Of a stretch of DNA of 64,000 nucleotides, positions 39,961 to 49,579 are shown piece after piece (position 1 is the stretch's first letter; each line of letters begins with the position of its first letter). Source of the DNA: Spirochaetia bacterium (GTDB lineage Bacteria > Spirochaetota > Spirochaetia > UBA9216). A program made the position numbers and the translations under genes. Under the pieces are notes generated by a model. The model had not been told where the DNA came from. It made no database searches and worked only from the letters and a program-made list of their open reading frames with translations. Location: the NCBI GenBank assembly GCA_965140585.1, contig OZ223265.1:288001-352000 (forward strand), in the 5' to 3' direction.

Positions 39961-40037
39961 AAATAGGAACAACATAGCCTGGTAAAGGTTACAAATCATT
40001 TAAAAAAAAGTTATAATTTTTCCGGACGGATAAAAAA

Positions 40038-41102
40038 ATGAAAATCATCAAGGCAGTTCTTATACCCATAGCGGTCATTCTTTTTCTTTTTATTGCATTT
40101 CTTCTTTTTTTCACAGTTACAGAATATAAGCCCGATTCAGTTGAAAAACTCAGTTCTATCAGCAGCCCCGTTATCACCACATCAAACCCGGGCGGTATCA
40201 GCATACTTTCCTGGAATATCGGCTACTGCGGACTCGACAGGGATAATGATTTTGTAATGGAAGGCGGGAAAAACAGCAGGGCAGAGTCAGTGGAAGCTGT
40301 GAGAAAATCGCTTGACGGAATACTTGAATTTGCCCAGCTCCAGGAACCGGACATCTATTTTATCCAGGAGGCCGACAGCGGTTCCAGAAGATCATTTAAT
40401 ATAGATCAGGTTAAAACTATTACTTCAGTTCTTGGGCAGTATGAAGCCTGGTACGGGATAAACTACAAATCACTCTTTGTTCCTTATCCCGCCTCCTCGC
40501 CCATGGGGAAGGTAAAATCAGGAATTTTGACACTGTCACGATTCAGTACAGATTCGGCACAGAGGCTGAGCCTCCCGGGCAGTTTCGGATGGCCGGTTAA
40601 GCTTTTTCATCTTAAAAGATGCGCCGTAATTACAAGATTTCCTTCTGCCGTTGAAGGAAAAGACTGGTGCATTGTCAATCTGCATCTGAGCGCCTACGGT
40701 GACGGCAGCATGAGAGAACAGCAGCTTGAATATGTAAAACAGCTGCTTACCGGGCTGTATAATGAAGGACATTATGTTGTCGCCGGCGGCGACTGGAACT
40801 CGATTTTCCCGGGAATGGATATGGACAGCTTCGGACCCTATACAACTCCTGCTGAAAACCTGTTCTGGGTTAAGTCGATTCCGGATGGATGGACGCCTGC
40901 CGACTGGCAGTGGTGCTATGACAGAGATATTCCTACCTCGAGATCACTTGAAAAACCGTACAGAGGCGGTGAAAACTTTACAACTGTAATTGACGGCTTC
41001 CTGGTTTCGCCCAACCTGAAGGTTGACGACATAAGGGGATTTAATCTGGGCTTTGAATATACAGACCACAACCCGGTATCACTGACTGTCAGTATCAGAT
41101 AA
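40038..41102 (+). CDS. endonuclease/exonuclease/phosphatase family protein, membrane-anchored
   Basis: SWNIGY, QEAD, NLHLSA, GGDWN, IDGF, TDHNPV. Confidence 0.9.
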   Translation: MKIIKAVLIPIAVILFLFIAFLLFFTVTEYKPDSVEKLSSISSPVITTSNPGGISILSWNIGYCGLDRDNDFVMEGGKNSRAESVEAVRKSLDGILEFAQLQEPDIYFIQEADSGSRRSFNIDQVKTITSVLGQYEAWYGINYKSLFVPYPASSPMGKVKSGILTLSRFSTDSAQRLSLPGSFGWPVKLFHLKRCAVITRFPSAVEGKDWCIVNLHLSAYGDGSMREQQLEYVKQLLTGLYNEGHYVVAGGDWNSIFPGMDMDSFGPYTTPAENLFWVKSIPDGWTPADWQWCYDRDIPTSRSLEKPYRGGENFTTVIDGFLVSPNLKVDDIRGFNLGFEYTDHNPVSLTVSIR

Positions 41103-41123
41103 TCAGTTAGGTTTGAATTGGGC

Positions 41124-41930
41124 TCAGTAAACAGAATCTATTAAGAGGCTGCCGTCCCAGTTGAGATAGGCGGCCTTTATTTTATCATTTTCAAAAATCA
41201 GCGCTGATGCATTCGCCTCATTCAGGCCCATAGCCGTATCAACGCAGATATATCTGCCGTCAAGACGGCTTTTTATCTGCCCATCCACCGACGGTGTATG
41301 GCCGCAAACCCAGGTTTCCGCTTCATTAGCCTTAAGAAAGTCACCCAGTGCAAGTTCATAATTCAGGTCGGCCTTCCGTACTTCACGGCTCCAGATTATT
41401 CTGTTTTCACCCTGATCTCCGTATTTAAGTGACTTTTCGAACAGCTCCCAGCTGGTCTTTTCTACTTCATCAACAGTCATTTCGGCGTACTCTGCAGGAA
41501 AATCAGCATGTGCGACAATAAAGGGTTCTTTTTTTACTATGAAATGCTGCTTTAAAAGCCAGTCATAGACCCAGCCGCCCCGGGAAAAGGCTTTCAATTT
41601 TTCCGCAGAGCCGTCACTATCAGCCGATTCTGCATATGATCGTGTTTCGGCTTCGGTGTTGTAAAAATAGTATCCGCAGATGTTCATTACCTCATGGTTT
41701 CCGATGATGAAATCAACTGAGGAACCGAAGGCCGGAGCCTGCTGCTGCCATTTCATTATACTGCTGTAGATGATCGCAGAATCAGTCCCTCGGTCGCATA
41801 CATCACCGGTAAAAACCAGAGACACACCAGCCATCTTCCAGTTCATATCTTCGTCTACAAGCCCCAGAGCCGTCACAATCCTTTTAAGAGGATAAGGATT
41901 ACCATGAATATCGCCGATTACTGCTATCAA
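41124..41930 (-). CDS. metallophosphoesterase (Shewanella-like phosphatase type)
   Basis: GDIHG, GDVCDRG, GNHE, GHTP, VDTAM. Confidence 0.88.
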   Translation of the reverse strand: MIAVIGDIHGNPYPLKRIVTALGLVDEDMNWKMAGVSLVFTGDVCDRGTDSAIIYSSIMKWQQQAPAFGSSVDFIIGNHEVMNICGYYFYNTEAETRSYAESADSDGSAEKLKAFSRGGWVYDWLLKQHFIVKKEPFIVAHADFPAEYAEMTVDEVEKTSWELFEKSLKYGDQGENRIIWSREVRKADLNYELALGDFLKANEAETWVCGHTPSVDGQIKSRLDGRYICVDTAMGLNEANASALIFENDKIKAAYLNWDGSLLIDSVY

Positions 41931-41931
41931 A

Positions 41932-43251
41932 TCAGTTTTTCATTGTCAGCGGCATTCTTGTTGTCTGAAGAACATCTCTCCATAAACTGCCTTCGGGATC
42001 TACAAAGTTGCGCTTTGAAACGGCAAGCTCCATCGGTACAAGGACGAAACGGTCATTAACCATGCTTATAAGGGCCTTTGTCTTTCCGGCCATAGCAGCA
42101 TGAACTGCGTGGGTTCCAAGCCTGAGACAGTAAATTGAATCATTAGCATCTGCAGCTGTGCTTCTTATAAGATAGCTTGGATCGATGTACTTGATGTTAA
42201 CCTCAATCCCCTCTTTATCAAAGTATTCAGCTATCTGCTCTTTCATGAAACGGCCGATATTTCCAAGGGTCTTGTTGCCTGAATCATCGGTTTGTTTCAG
42301 ATCCTCCAGCATATCCTGGCCGGCACCCTCAGCGACTATGATTACTGCCCTGTGCTTCTCACTGATCCTCTTCTTCAGATGCTCCAGAAAACCGTTGGGT
42401 CCATGCAGGTCAAAAGCGATTTCAGGAATGAGCACGAAATTAACTACGCTCATTGCAAGGGCTGTGTGGGCAGCAATAAAACCACTTTCACGCCCCATCA
42501 GTTTAACAAGACCTATTCCGTTAAAAGCGTCCTTGGCTTCAACATGGGCAGCAGCAACAGATTCAACAGCCTTTGATACCGCAGTTTCAAACCCGAAGGA
42601 GCGCTGAATAAAACTCAAATCATTATCAATGGTCTTGGGAATACCGATGATGGCAACTTTAAGACCGCGTTTTTCTATTTCATTGCTTATGGCTATGGCA
42701 CCCTTGGTTGTTCCGTCGCCGCCGATGGTGAAAAGCATATTCATGTTCAGCCGTTCAATGGCATCAACAACCTCTTCAATCTCACCGCCGCCGCGGGATG
42801 AACCGAGCATGGTTCCGCCCATATTATGGATATCATCAACAACATCGGGGTTAAGCTCAACTATCGGAAGGTTATACTCAGGAAGAAACCCCCTGTAACC
42901 GTTTCGTATTCCGGTGATGCGTCTTACACCGTACTGGTACCAAAGAGTCCGCACTATCGCCCTTATGACATTGTTAAGCCCCGGGCAGAGCCCACCGCAG
43001 GTTACAACACCGGCATGCACATGACCGGGGTTAAAATAGAGCAGTTCATGAGGACCGGATTTTTCCAGACAGAAATTTGAGTCGCATTCCGGCAGCACCT
43101 CACCCTTTTCAACTTCAACGTCGTAGAGGATGCATTCCTCATCCCTTATATAATTGACTATTCGGTCTCCGTATGTCTTTGACATCTGTATCGGTGACTT
43201 AATCTTGGCTTCACCAAGCTTCGGAATACTGAAATTATATTTCTTCGCCAT
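41932..43251 (-). CDS. pfkA: ATP-dependent 6-phosphofructokinase (long, group X type)
   Basis: TCGGLCPGLN, GGTMLGSSRG, GGDGT, PKTIDND, MGRESG, YIDPSY. Confidence 0.92.
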   Translation of the reverse strand: MAKKYNFSIPKLGEAKIKSPIQMSKTYGDRIVNYIRDEECILYDVEVEKGEVLPECDSNFCLEKSGPHELLYFNPGHVHAGVVTCGGLCPGLNNVIRAIVRTLWYQYGVRRITGIRNGYRGFLPEYNLPIVELNPDVVDDIHNMGGTMLGSSRGGGEIEEVVDAIERLNMNMLFTIGGDGTTKGAIAISNEIEKRGLKVAIIGIPKTIDNDLSFIQRSFGFETAVSKAVESVAAAHVEAKDAFNGIGLVKLMGRESGFIAAHTALAMSVVNFVLIPEIAFDLHGPNGFLEHLKKRISEKHRAVIIVAEGAGQDMLEDLKQTDDSGNKTLGNIGRFMKEQIAEYFDKEGIEVNIKYIDPSYLIRSTAADANDSIYCLRLGTHAVHAAMAGKTKALISMVNDRFVLVPMELAVSKRNFVDPEGSLWRDVLQTTRMPLTMKN

Positions 43252-43282
43252 CCGGGTTCTCCTGATGTTACAAAAAGTATTG

Positions 43283-43316
43283 TAAACACCTGAAAACAGC
43301 TTTTTTCAGGTGTTTA
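43283..43316. promoter_or_regulatory. 14-bp inverted repeat in the pfk 5' region
   Basis: TAAACACCTGAAAA-cagctt-TTTTCAGGTGTTTA, just downstream of a minus-strand TTGAAA-17-TAGTAT promoter-like sequence. Confidence 0.55.
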
Positions 43317-43383
43317 GCGTACACTAATACTAAGGTTTTTGTGCCCTGTTTTCAAGCAGGATTTTCTGCCTTAATACCGCAGC

Positions 43384-44685
43384 TCAGTTACTTGCAAGAT
43401 AGGTCCGTATTGAGTCGCCAAGCGTTTTATAAATATTCCTGCGTTTCTGATCATCAGCCTCAAGCAGTGTGAATCTGAATCCCTTGAGCTGCGAACAGAA
43501 ACCTGTAAGCGGTACTACACATATTCCAGCCGCACCAAGAAGGTAGTAAACAAAGCGCTTATCAAGTTCAAGGCCTTTAACCTTTTCTTCAACATAGTTT
43601 CTGATATCCGGCTCGGAAATCTCTAGAAACTGACCTTCATTCAGAACTCCATCTTTAAAAAGGACTGTAAAATAGAGGGCCCCCTGCGGTTTTAGAACCT
43701 GAATACCCGGAATATCCTTCATATTGATATAGGCTTCCTCAGCTCTTGAAGCCAGCATTTCAGACTGGGTACGGATATGTTCAGGGTATCTTGGATCTCC
43801 CATAATCAGAGGGATTGAAAGCTGAGGCAGAGTCGTTGAACAAACCTCAAGGCGCTTGGCGTTGATAAGGCTCGAAATGTATGTATCAAACTCCGGATCT
43901 TTTTTACGGTTGTAGACTTCAATCCAGCCGCATCTTGCACCGGGCCAGGGGTATTCCTTGCTTACGCTTTTCATCGAAACAGCAGGGACATCGCCGATGA
44001 CCTCGCATATATAGCTGAAATCGACATCGGGAAAAACCACCCTGCTGTAAGTCTCATCGGCAATAATAAACAGGTTGTAATCAGCAGCTATCTGTACGAT
44101 CTCACTTAGAAGTTCACGTGAATATACAATGCCTGTAGGGTTATCGGGATTTATAAGCAGAATTCCGGCAATTGAGTCATTGTATTTTACTTTGTTCCTC
44201 AAATCTTCGATATCAGGCAGCCAGTTATTTTCCGGATCGAGCTTGTATGTCAGATGCTCATAGCCTGAGTGAGCTGCTTCAGCTGATGAGTGGGTTGAAT
44301 AGGCAGGAGACGGTCCTATGACCCTTGCTTCTCTCTTTAAAAAACCGAAAATCTTTGCAACAGCGTCTCCAAGGCCGTTGAAAAAAATTACATCATCGTG
44401 ACTGATATGAGCTCCGCCTATTGCGTTGCATTCGGCGGCAAGAAATTTTCTTGTTTTAAGATCACCCTGACTGTCCGTATAGCGGTAACTGCTGTCGGCA
44501 GCCGCCAGGCTGGAAATTATGTCTTTCATCCAGGGTTCGATGTTGTTCCCCTTTTCAACCGGATCACCGATGTTCTCCCAGCTTATTTCCCTGCCGAGCT
44601 CTGCAATCTCATTTGCAACCGATACGATCTGCCTGATCTCATAAGTCAGCTGCCTTGCACCTTCATGTACTATCGCTCTTCTCAT
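43384..44685 (-). CDS. alaA: PLP-dependent class I/II aminotransferase, AlaA-like (probable glutamate-pyruvate aminotransferase)
   Basis: LTYEIR..ENIGDP N-terminus similar to AlaA (YDIR..LNIGNP); INPDNPTG, ADETY, SVSKEYPWPGARCGW. The Ala-rich leader supports alanine synthesis. Symbol tentative. Confidence 0.75.
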   Translation of the reverse strand: MRRAIVHEGARQLTYEIRQIVSVANEIAELGREISWENIGDPVEKGNNIEPWMKDIISSLAAADSSYRYTDSQGDLKTRKFLAAECNAIGGAHISHDDVIFFNGLGDAVAKIFGFLKREARVIGPSPAYSTHSSAEAAHSGYEHLTYKLDPENNWLPDIEDLRNKVKYNDSIAGILLINPDNPTGIVYSRELLSEIVQIAADYNLFIIADETYSRVVFPDVDFSYICEVIGDVPAVSMKSVSKEYPWPGARCGWIEVYNRKKDPEFDTYISSLINAKRLEVCSTTLPQLSIPLIMGDPRYPEHIRTQSEMLASRAEEAYINMKDIPGIQVLKPQGALYFTVLFKDGVLNEGQFLEISEPDIRNYVEEKVKGLELDKRFVYYLLGAAGICVVPLTGFCSQLKGFRFTLLEADDQKRRNIYKTLGDSIRTYLASN

Positions 44686-44723
44686 TTCAACTCCACTCCA
44701 CCGTTTTTAGTAATCACCTCTGC

Positions 44724-44756
44724 AAAAAAAAAGCAGAGTCTGTAAAAAGACTCTGC
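44724..44756 (-). terminator. attenuator terminator upstream of the aminotransferase
   Basis: Minus strand GCAGAGUCU-uuuuac-AGACUCUGC followed by U9, between the promoter and the gene start. Confidence 0.88.
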
Positions 44757-44814
44757 CATCAGCTTCAATATTAACCGGACCGCGAGCCTTTTATAAAGAC
44801 TGCGGCGAAATATG

Positions 44815-44892
44815 TCAGAACCTGTTCAACCCCGCAGTCAAAGTAGCTGCGGCCGCGGCGGATATATTCTTGTTTAAGATTGATTCCAACAT
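44815..44892 (-). CDS. Ala-rich leader peptide (25 aa)
   Basis: MLESILNKNISAAAAATLTAGLNRF*; Ala codons GCC GCG GCC GCA GCT at 44859-44845; ATG 6 nt after the -10 box. Confidence 0.8.
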   Translation of the reverse strand: MLESILNKNISAAAAATLTAGLNRF

Positions 44893-44898
44893 ATTGAG

Positions 44899-44927
44899 AA
44901 TGTACCGTCAGTCAGTGTTTATGTCAA
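44899..44927 (-). promoter_or_regulatory. sigma70 promoter of the leader/aminotransferase transcript
   Basis: TTGACA (44927-44922), 17-bp spacer, TACATT (44904-44899). Confidence 0.85.
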
Positions 44928-45058
44928 GGGGGATGATATTCTGCGATTATCATCCCGGCACAAAATCATAGATTTTCTGCGAAACCGAACTAATAAAATT
45001 GACAATCGCTTTTAACCTGAGTTAATTTGTCAGGATTTAATTTTATAAGGATTATTAT

Positions 45059-46072
45059 ATGAAAAAAAAAATTAAAACTTAAAGCTTTTCTGATAGTACT
45101 TGTCATTACTCTATTCGCATTTTACAGCTGTGATGGAATCACTACAGCAAACAGCGGTATAACCGTAACAAACCTGTCACTGAATGATACTGAGCTGACA
45201 GTTAAACTTACATCTACAGCTCAGCTTGCAGCAACAGTTGAGCCTGAGGCAGCTTCAGAGATAAGCCTCATATGGGCCACTTCTGATGAAAGCATCGTTA
45301 CCATCAGCGATGACGGAACCGCAACAGCGGTTGGTGCAGGAACTGCTGAAATAACAGTATCAACTACTGACGATTCTTTCTCTGCATCGGCGAGCGTTAC
45401 GGTACTGCCCATTTTATATGGAGTCAGCAAAGGAAACAGCAGCCTGGGAACAAGCATCCTTTATGAAATTGATTCAGAAACAGGCGAACAGCTTGCCGAA
45501 ATTGGTGATACCGGCTACTACCTTAACGGGGTCTGGTTTATGATAATGATAACGGAAAACTGTATGGAACTACATCAACTAATGATACAACACTCTCTTC
45601 CGGAATTGTAGAGGCCGGTTTTCTTAATCCGGCATTCGGACCTTCGGGTACTCTTTACGCCTGGAGTGAAAATACAGATGTACTGGTTACCGTAAACCCG
45701 TCAACCGCAGAAATAACAGAATTTGAATCATCCGGACTTTCAACATGGACACATGGTATGGATTTTGACAGCAGCGGCAATCTATATCTGATTAATCCGG
45801 AACAGGAAAATGAATCAATCGATGCTGTAGATATATACAGCATCAACACTTCCACCGGTGCTGCAACATTTGTCAAAAAGATAACAACAGATACCACCCA
45901 TGTCTATGCTCATCATGGAAAATTCAACCCTCTGACCGGATTTTTCTGGGGCATAGATAACAATTCCGGAACAGAACGTTACTTCAACATACTGGATGTA
46001 GACGCCGGAAGCAGATCATCAACCGCACAGACTATCAACAATCTGCATTCCATAGCTTTCAGAAGTAAATAG
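45059..46072 (+). pseudogene. frameshifted lipoprotein with Ig-like (Big_2) domain and beta-propeller-like C-terminus
   Basis: ATG followed by A10 puts it out of frame; the shifted frame gives KLKAFLIVLVITLFAFYSC and QLAATVEPEAA..WATSDESIVTISDDGTATAVGAGTAEITV. Second shift at G4 near 45528-45531. Confidence 0.78.
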
Positions 46073-46091
46073 ATTAGCCGGTTCAACTAAT

Positions 46092-46120
46092 AAAACAGCC
46101 CCTGTAGAGGGGCTGTTTTT
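46092..46120 (+). terminator. intrinsic terminator
   Basis: AAAACAGCCCCT-gtag-AGGGGCTGTTTTT. Confidence 0.85.
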
Positions 46121-46189
46121 GTCTTCATAAAAAGCCGGTATATCTAAATCATGCTTGCAATTATGCCTGATCTGATATTATTATTCACT

Positions 46190-47296
46190 ATGGCTTTTTC
46201 CTGCATACGCATTCACCGAAAACTGTTATTTGCCTCAATCCTTCTAACAGCAGTCTTTCAATCCATATGCGCTCAGGATGTGCAGGTTAATCTTTTTATC
46301 GGAAGCAGTCCAATAAATGCAGCCGTGTTTATAGACAGAGAACCGCAGGCCCAGGCAACACCGGTGCTTCTGAGGGGAATCAGCACCGGAAGCCATGAAA
46401 TAAAAATAATCAGCGAAAATTATCAGCCTTGCATAGATATTATTGAACTTACTGATAAAAACAGCAGCTTCTTTGCCGACCTTAACTCAAAGGTCATACC
46501 CTCATCCTTTGTTTCCGAGGAAAATATTATCCTGAGGGCTGATGAAGATAAGATCCTGGGGAATAATCTGTTAATGCCTGAAAGCTGGTACAGAATCTCA
46601 CGAGAAGGACGGGATGTAATTATCACCCCGATTTATCAAAAGGAAAAACTTTTAACCGCAATATCCACCCTGCTTCCAATATCATTCGGATTTACAGCTG
46701 CAGCCTTCGGAATAGACTGGTATGAGAGCAGCCGGATAAGATGGCCGCAGCCGCTGTATCTTACAGCGCTGGAAAGCACAACTCTGCTTCTGGCAGCTAC
46801 TGAAATTGCCCTGCTGATTGACAGAAGCGATTATCTTAAACATTACGAGATAGCCGAATTCCAGCCGGGAAGCACCGAAGCCGATGCGGAACTGATTTTC
46901 CAGCAGGCTGGTGATGCTCTTGCCGGAGGAAGCCTTGAAGAAGCGCTCAGCCTTTACAGTGAAATAATCAGCTTTCACAAAGACTCAAAATTCTACGCCG
47001 AGTCTATCTACAGGAGCGCAAAAATCCACATTATAACCGGCGACACTCCGCTGGCTGTAGCAGAACTGAATATGATAATAATGCGTTACCAGACCCCCGA
47101 AGTCTACGACAGGGCCTGTCAGGCAATTGCCCTTCTTTACTACAATCTTGATGAACCCGGAAAAAGCAAAGAATATGCAGAAAAGATGGTTTTTATTGAT
47201 CCACTGTTCTCAGGCACCGAAGAAGAGATTCAGGCAAGCGGGATAGAAACGGTCATTGAATCCTGGGCCCGCAACCCCGGGGAGAGGCTTGAATAG
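46190..47296 (+). CDS. PEGA-domain and TPR-like protein
   Basis: SSPINAAVFID..TPVLLRGISTGSHEIKI (PEGA); two TMs; C-terminal helical TPR-like repeats; start uncertain (46151 or 46190). Confidence 0.75.
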   Translation: MAFSCIRIHRKLLFASILLTAVFQSICAQDVQVNLFIGSSPINAAVFIDREPQAQATPVLLRGISTGSHEIKIISENYQPCIDIIELTDKNSSFFADLNSKVIPSSFVSEENIILRADEDKILGNNLLMPESWYRISREGRDVIITPIYQKEKLLTAISTLLPISFGFTAAAFGIDWYESSRIRWPQPLYLTALESTTLLLAATEIALLIDRSDYLKHYEIAEFQPGSTEADAELIFQQAGDALAGGSLEEALSLYSEIISFHKDSKFYAESIYRSAKIHIITGDTPLAVAELNMIIMRYQTPEVYDRACQAIALLYYNLDEPGKSKEYAEKMVFIDPLFSGTEEEIQASGIETVIESWARNPGERLE

Positions 47297-47297
47297 C

Positions 47298-47891
47298 ATG
47301 AAAAAGACTACCCCCGCAACAATACTTATACTTTTTCTTTTACTGCCTCTTGGCACTGTTTATGGACAGGAATCCGAAGTTTATGTTGATGAACTGCTGA
47401 ACCGCTACATGGAGCTGGAAAATTCTATAATTGAAAACCAATCATTAACTGAATCTGATATCACTGACATCGATAATCTGATTAATACTGCGATAAATGA
47501 AAACCGCAGGGATATTATCAGCAGAGCCAGAATGCTTAAGTTCATAGCAGAATCTTCAATAAATAAAAACAGGACTGTTCAGAACAGCACTGAAATTACC
47601 GCCTCACTGCTTCTGGCTGAAAAGGACAGGATAAATTCCGGACGGACAGAAAAACTCATAAAAAGCCTTACTACTGCAGATCTATGGGTTGCCGGAGTTT
47701 CCACTGTTGTTTTTGCAGCCTCTGCAGCGGGCTATGAACACTTTTTCAATAAATACACTGAGACTGAATACAATGATCAGGCAGCCTTCTACCTCTTCTG
47801 GTGGCAGCTTCTTGAGGATACATCGATAATATCGGGAATCACAGCAGTCACAACCCTGCTTACAGCAGGAATCCTGTCAGCAGTATTTTAA
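47298..47891 (+). CDS. hypothetical exported/membrane protein
   Basis: Signal peptide MKKTTPATILILFLL; two C-terminal hydrophobic segments. Confidence 0.65.
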   Translation: MKKTTPATILILFLLLPLGTVYGQESEVYVDELLNRYMELENSIIENQSLTESDITDIDNLINTAINENRRDIISRARMLKFIAESSINKNRTVQNSTEITASLLLAEKDRINSGRTEKLIKSLTTADLWVAGVSTVVFAASAAGYEHFFNKYTETEYNDQAAFYLFWWQLLEDTSIISGITAVTTLLTAGILSAVF

Positions 47892-47920
47892 TCTTCTCGA
47901 TTCAAAAAATCAGAGGCTTT

Positions 47921-49579
47921 TTATTTAGTAGTCATTATCTCAACGCCGGTCCAGTCATCGGGCGGCGGAGTGGTCATGTACCTGCGGCTTCGCTCCATGA
48001 ACATGTTTGAAAGATAGTCGTCGTGGTCGATGCTCATAGCAGCACCGAAGTATTTTATGGCTTTTTTAAAATCACGTGAATAAAAGAGTCTTGCCCCGGC
48101 GTTATGGTAAGCCCAGGCCTTCTTTTCTCTATCGGAGAGGCTGGTACTTGCGGTGTAAATGCTTTCCCCCTGAGTTTTGCCCTTAACCTGGACCTTGTCG
48201 ACAACCCTGCAGGGCACCTTGCTTCGAACCTTCCGGTACACGCTCTCAGAAATTATAACGCCCTGTTTATAGGGTTTGGTTAGGCCTTCAAGCCTTGAAC
48301 CAAGGTTTACCATATCACCGATAAGAGTGTAATCCATTTTCTTCTCTGATCCGATGTTTCCTACAGTCACAACACCATAGTTTATACCGATGCCTGTCTT
48401 GAATGGATGCTTGCCTTCACTTTCAAGCTGCTCATTAAACTTTGCCAGGGCATCCTGCATCTCAAGAGCAGCCATAACCGATTGGTATGCATCATCATCG
48501 TGTTTAACAGGCGCGCCGAAGTAAGCCATTATAGCATCACCTATATACTTATCAATAACACCACCGCGGCTGATGATTATATCAACCATGATCTCAAAAT
48601 ATTTATTAAGATCAATGACAAGCTGATCCGGAGAATAACTTTCAGAAATCGTCGTAAAACTTCTGATATCCGAGAACAGGATTGAAATTACCCGGTTTTC
48701 TCCTATCAGCATCGATTCAGGATTCGCAAAAACGGTTTCTATAACATCCTTTGGTACATATTTCTGGAAAATATTTCTAATCTTGTGCTCGCTCTTCTTT
48801 GCAAGTACGGCCTCTATTGCGTGTTCCTTGATCTGCTGGTTTGCCCGCTCGAGAGCACCGATCATGGTATTGAATGTATCTGCAAGCTGTCCGGTCTCAT
48901 CACGGTATTCAACCTCAACACGGCGTGAAAGATCGCTGTCGCGGATTATACCTTTCATAGCCGAGACAACCCTTGTAAGAGGGCCAATCAGATATGAGGC
49001 AAGAATCAGTATAAATATCAGCGAGATTACTATTGATATACCAAGAATTATGTAATTCTGCTGCAGCAGTTCAGAGACTTCACGATAGAAGGCTTCACTG
49101 TCTTCGGTAAGAAAGACATACCAGTCAAATGGCTCAAAATAAAAGTAATCTCCTACCCTGGCTTCACCTGAGATATCGAGTTCTACCCATCCTGTTTCGG
49201 GTCGTTTAAGAGTATCTGTAAAAACATCTTTTTCCTCAGGAAGAACCGAAACTCCTGCAGTTTTCATTACAACATTAGAATCAGGTGTTACAGCAAAGAT
49301 TAGCTCAGTCTCGCTTCGCAGAAGGGTAAAGGCATATGAAAGCACGGCACTCTTTGCTACCTCTACATATTCCGGGCGCTCACTGAATCCGTTATCCTTC
49401 AGAAGGGTCCACTGGTTCTGCATGTATTTTTCAAGTTCTTCGGATTTAAAACCCAGAGAAGACATCGCGAGCCTTGTCATACCGCTTCTGGCCGAATATG
49501 ATGAGAATATTCCCGTAATGAGCAGGGCCGCCGCAAGGAGAGGCATTACAATAAGGATAAGTCTCGCGCGAATTTTCAT
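47921..49579 (-). CDS. class III adenylate/guanylate cyclase with HAMP domain
   Basis: Two TMs; HAMP (DETGQLADTFN); FSDIRSFT, DKYIGDAIMA, YTLIGDMVNLGSRLEG. Confidence 0.93.
   Translation of the reverse strand: MKIRARLILIVMPLLAAALLITGIFSSYSARSGMTRLAMSSLGFKSEELEKYMQNQWTLLKDNGFSERPEYVEVAKSAVLSYAFTLLRSETELIFAVTPDSNVVMKTAGVSVLPEEKDVFTDTLKRPETGWVELDISGEARVGDYFYFEPFDWYVFLTEDSEAFYREVSELLQQNYIILGISIVISLIFILILASYLIGPLTRVVSAMKGIIRDSDLSRRVEVEYRDETGQLADTFNTMIGALERANQQIKEHAIEAVLAKKSEHKIRNIFQKYVPKDVIETVFANPESMLIGENRVISILFSDIRSFTTISESYSPDQLVIDLNKYFEIMVDIIISRGGVIDKYIGDAIMAYFGAPVKHDDDAYQSVMAALEMQDALAKFNEQLESEGKHPFKTGIGINYGVVTVGNIGSEKKMDYTLIGDMVNLGSRLEGLTKPYKQGVIISESVYRKVRSKVPCRVVDKVQVKGKTQGESIYTASTSLSDREKKAWAYHNAGARLFYSRDFKKAIKYFGAAMSIDHDDYLSNMFMERSRRYMTTPPPDDWTGVEIMTTK

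Noticed and set aside
44724-44900. T-box or metabolite riboswitch explanation for the aminotransferase leader
   Set aside because: No UGGNACC T-box bulge or recognisable aptamer; the poly-Ala uORF and alternative stems explain the region better.
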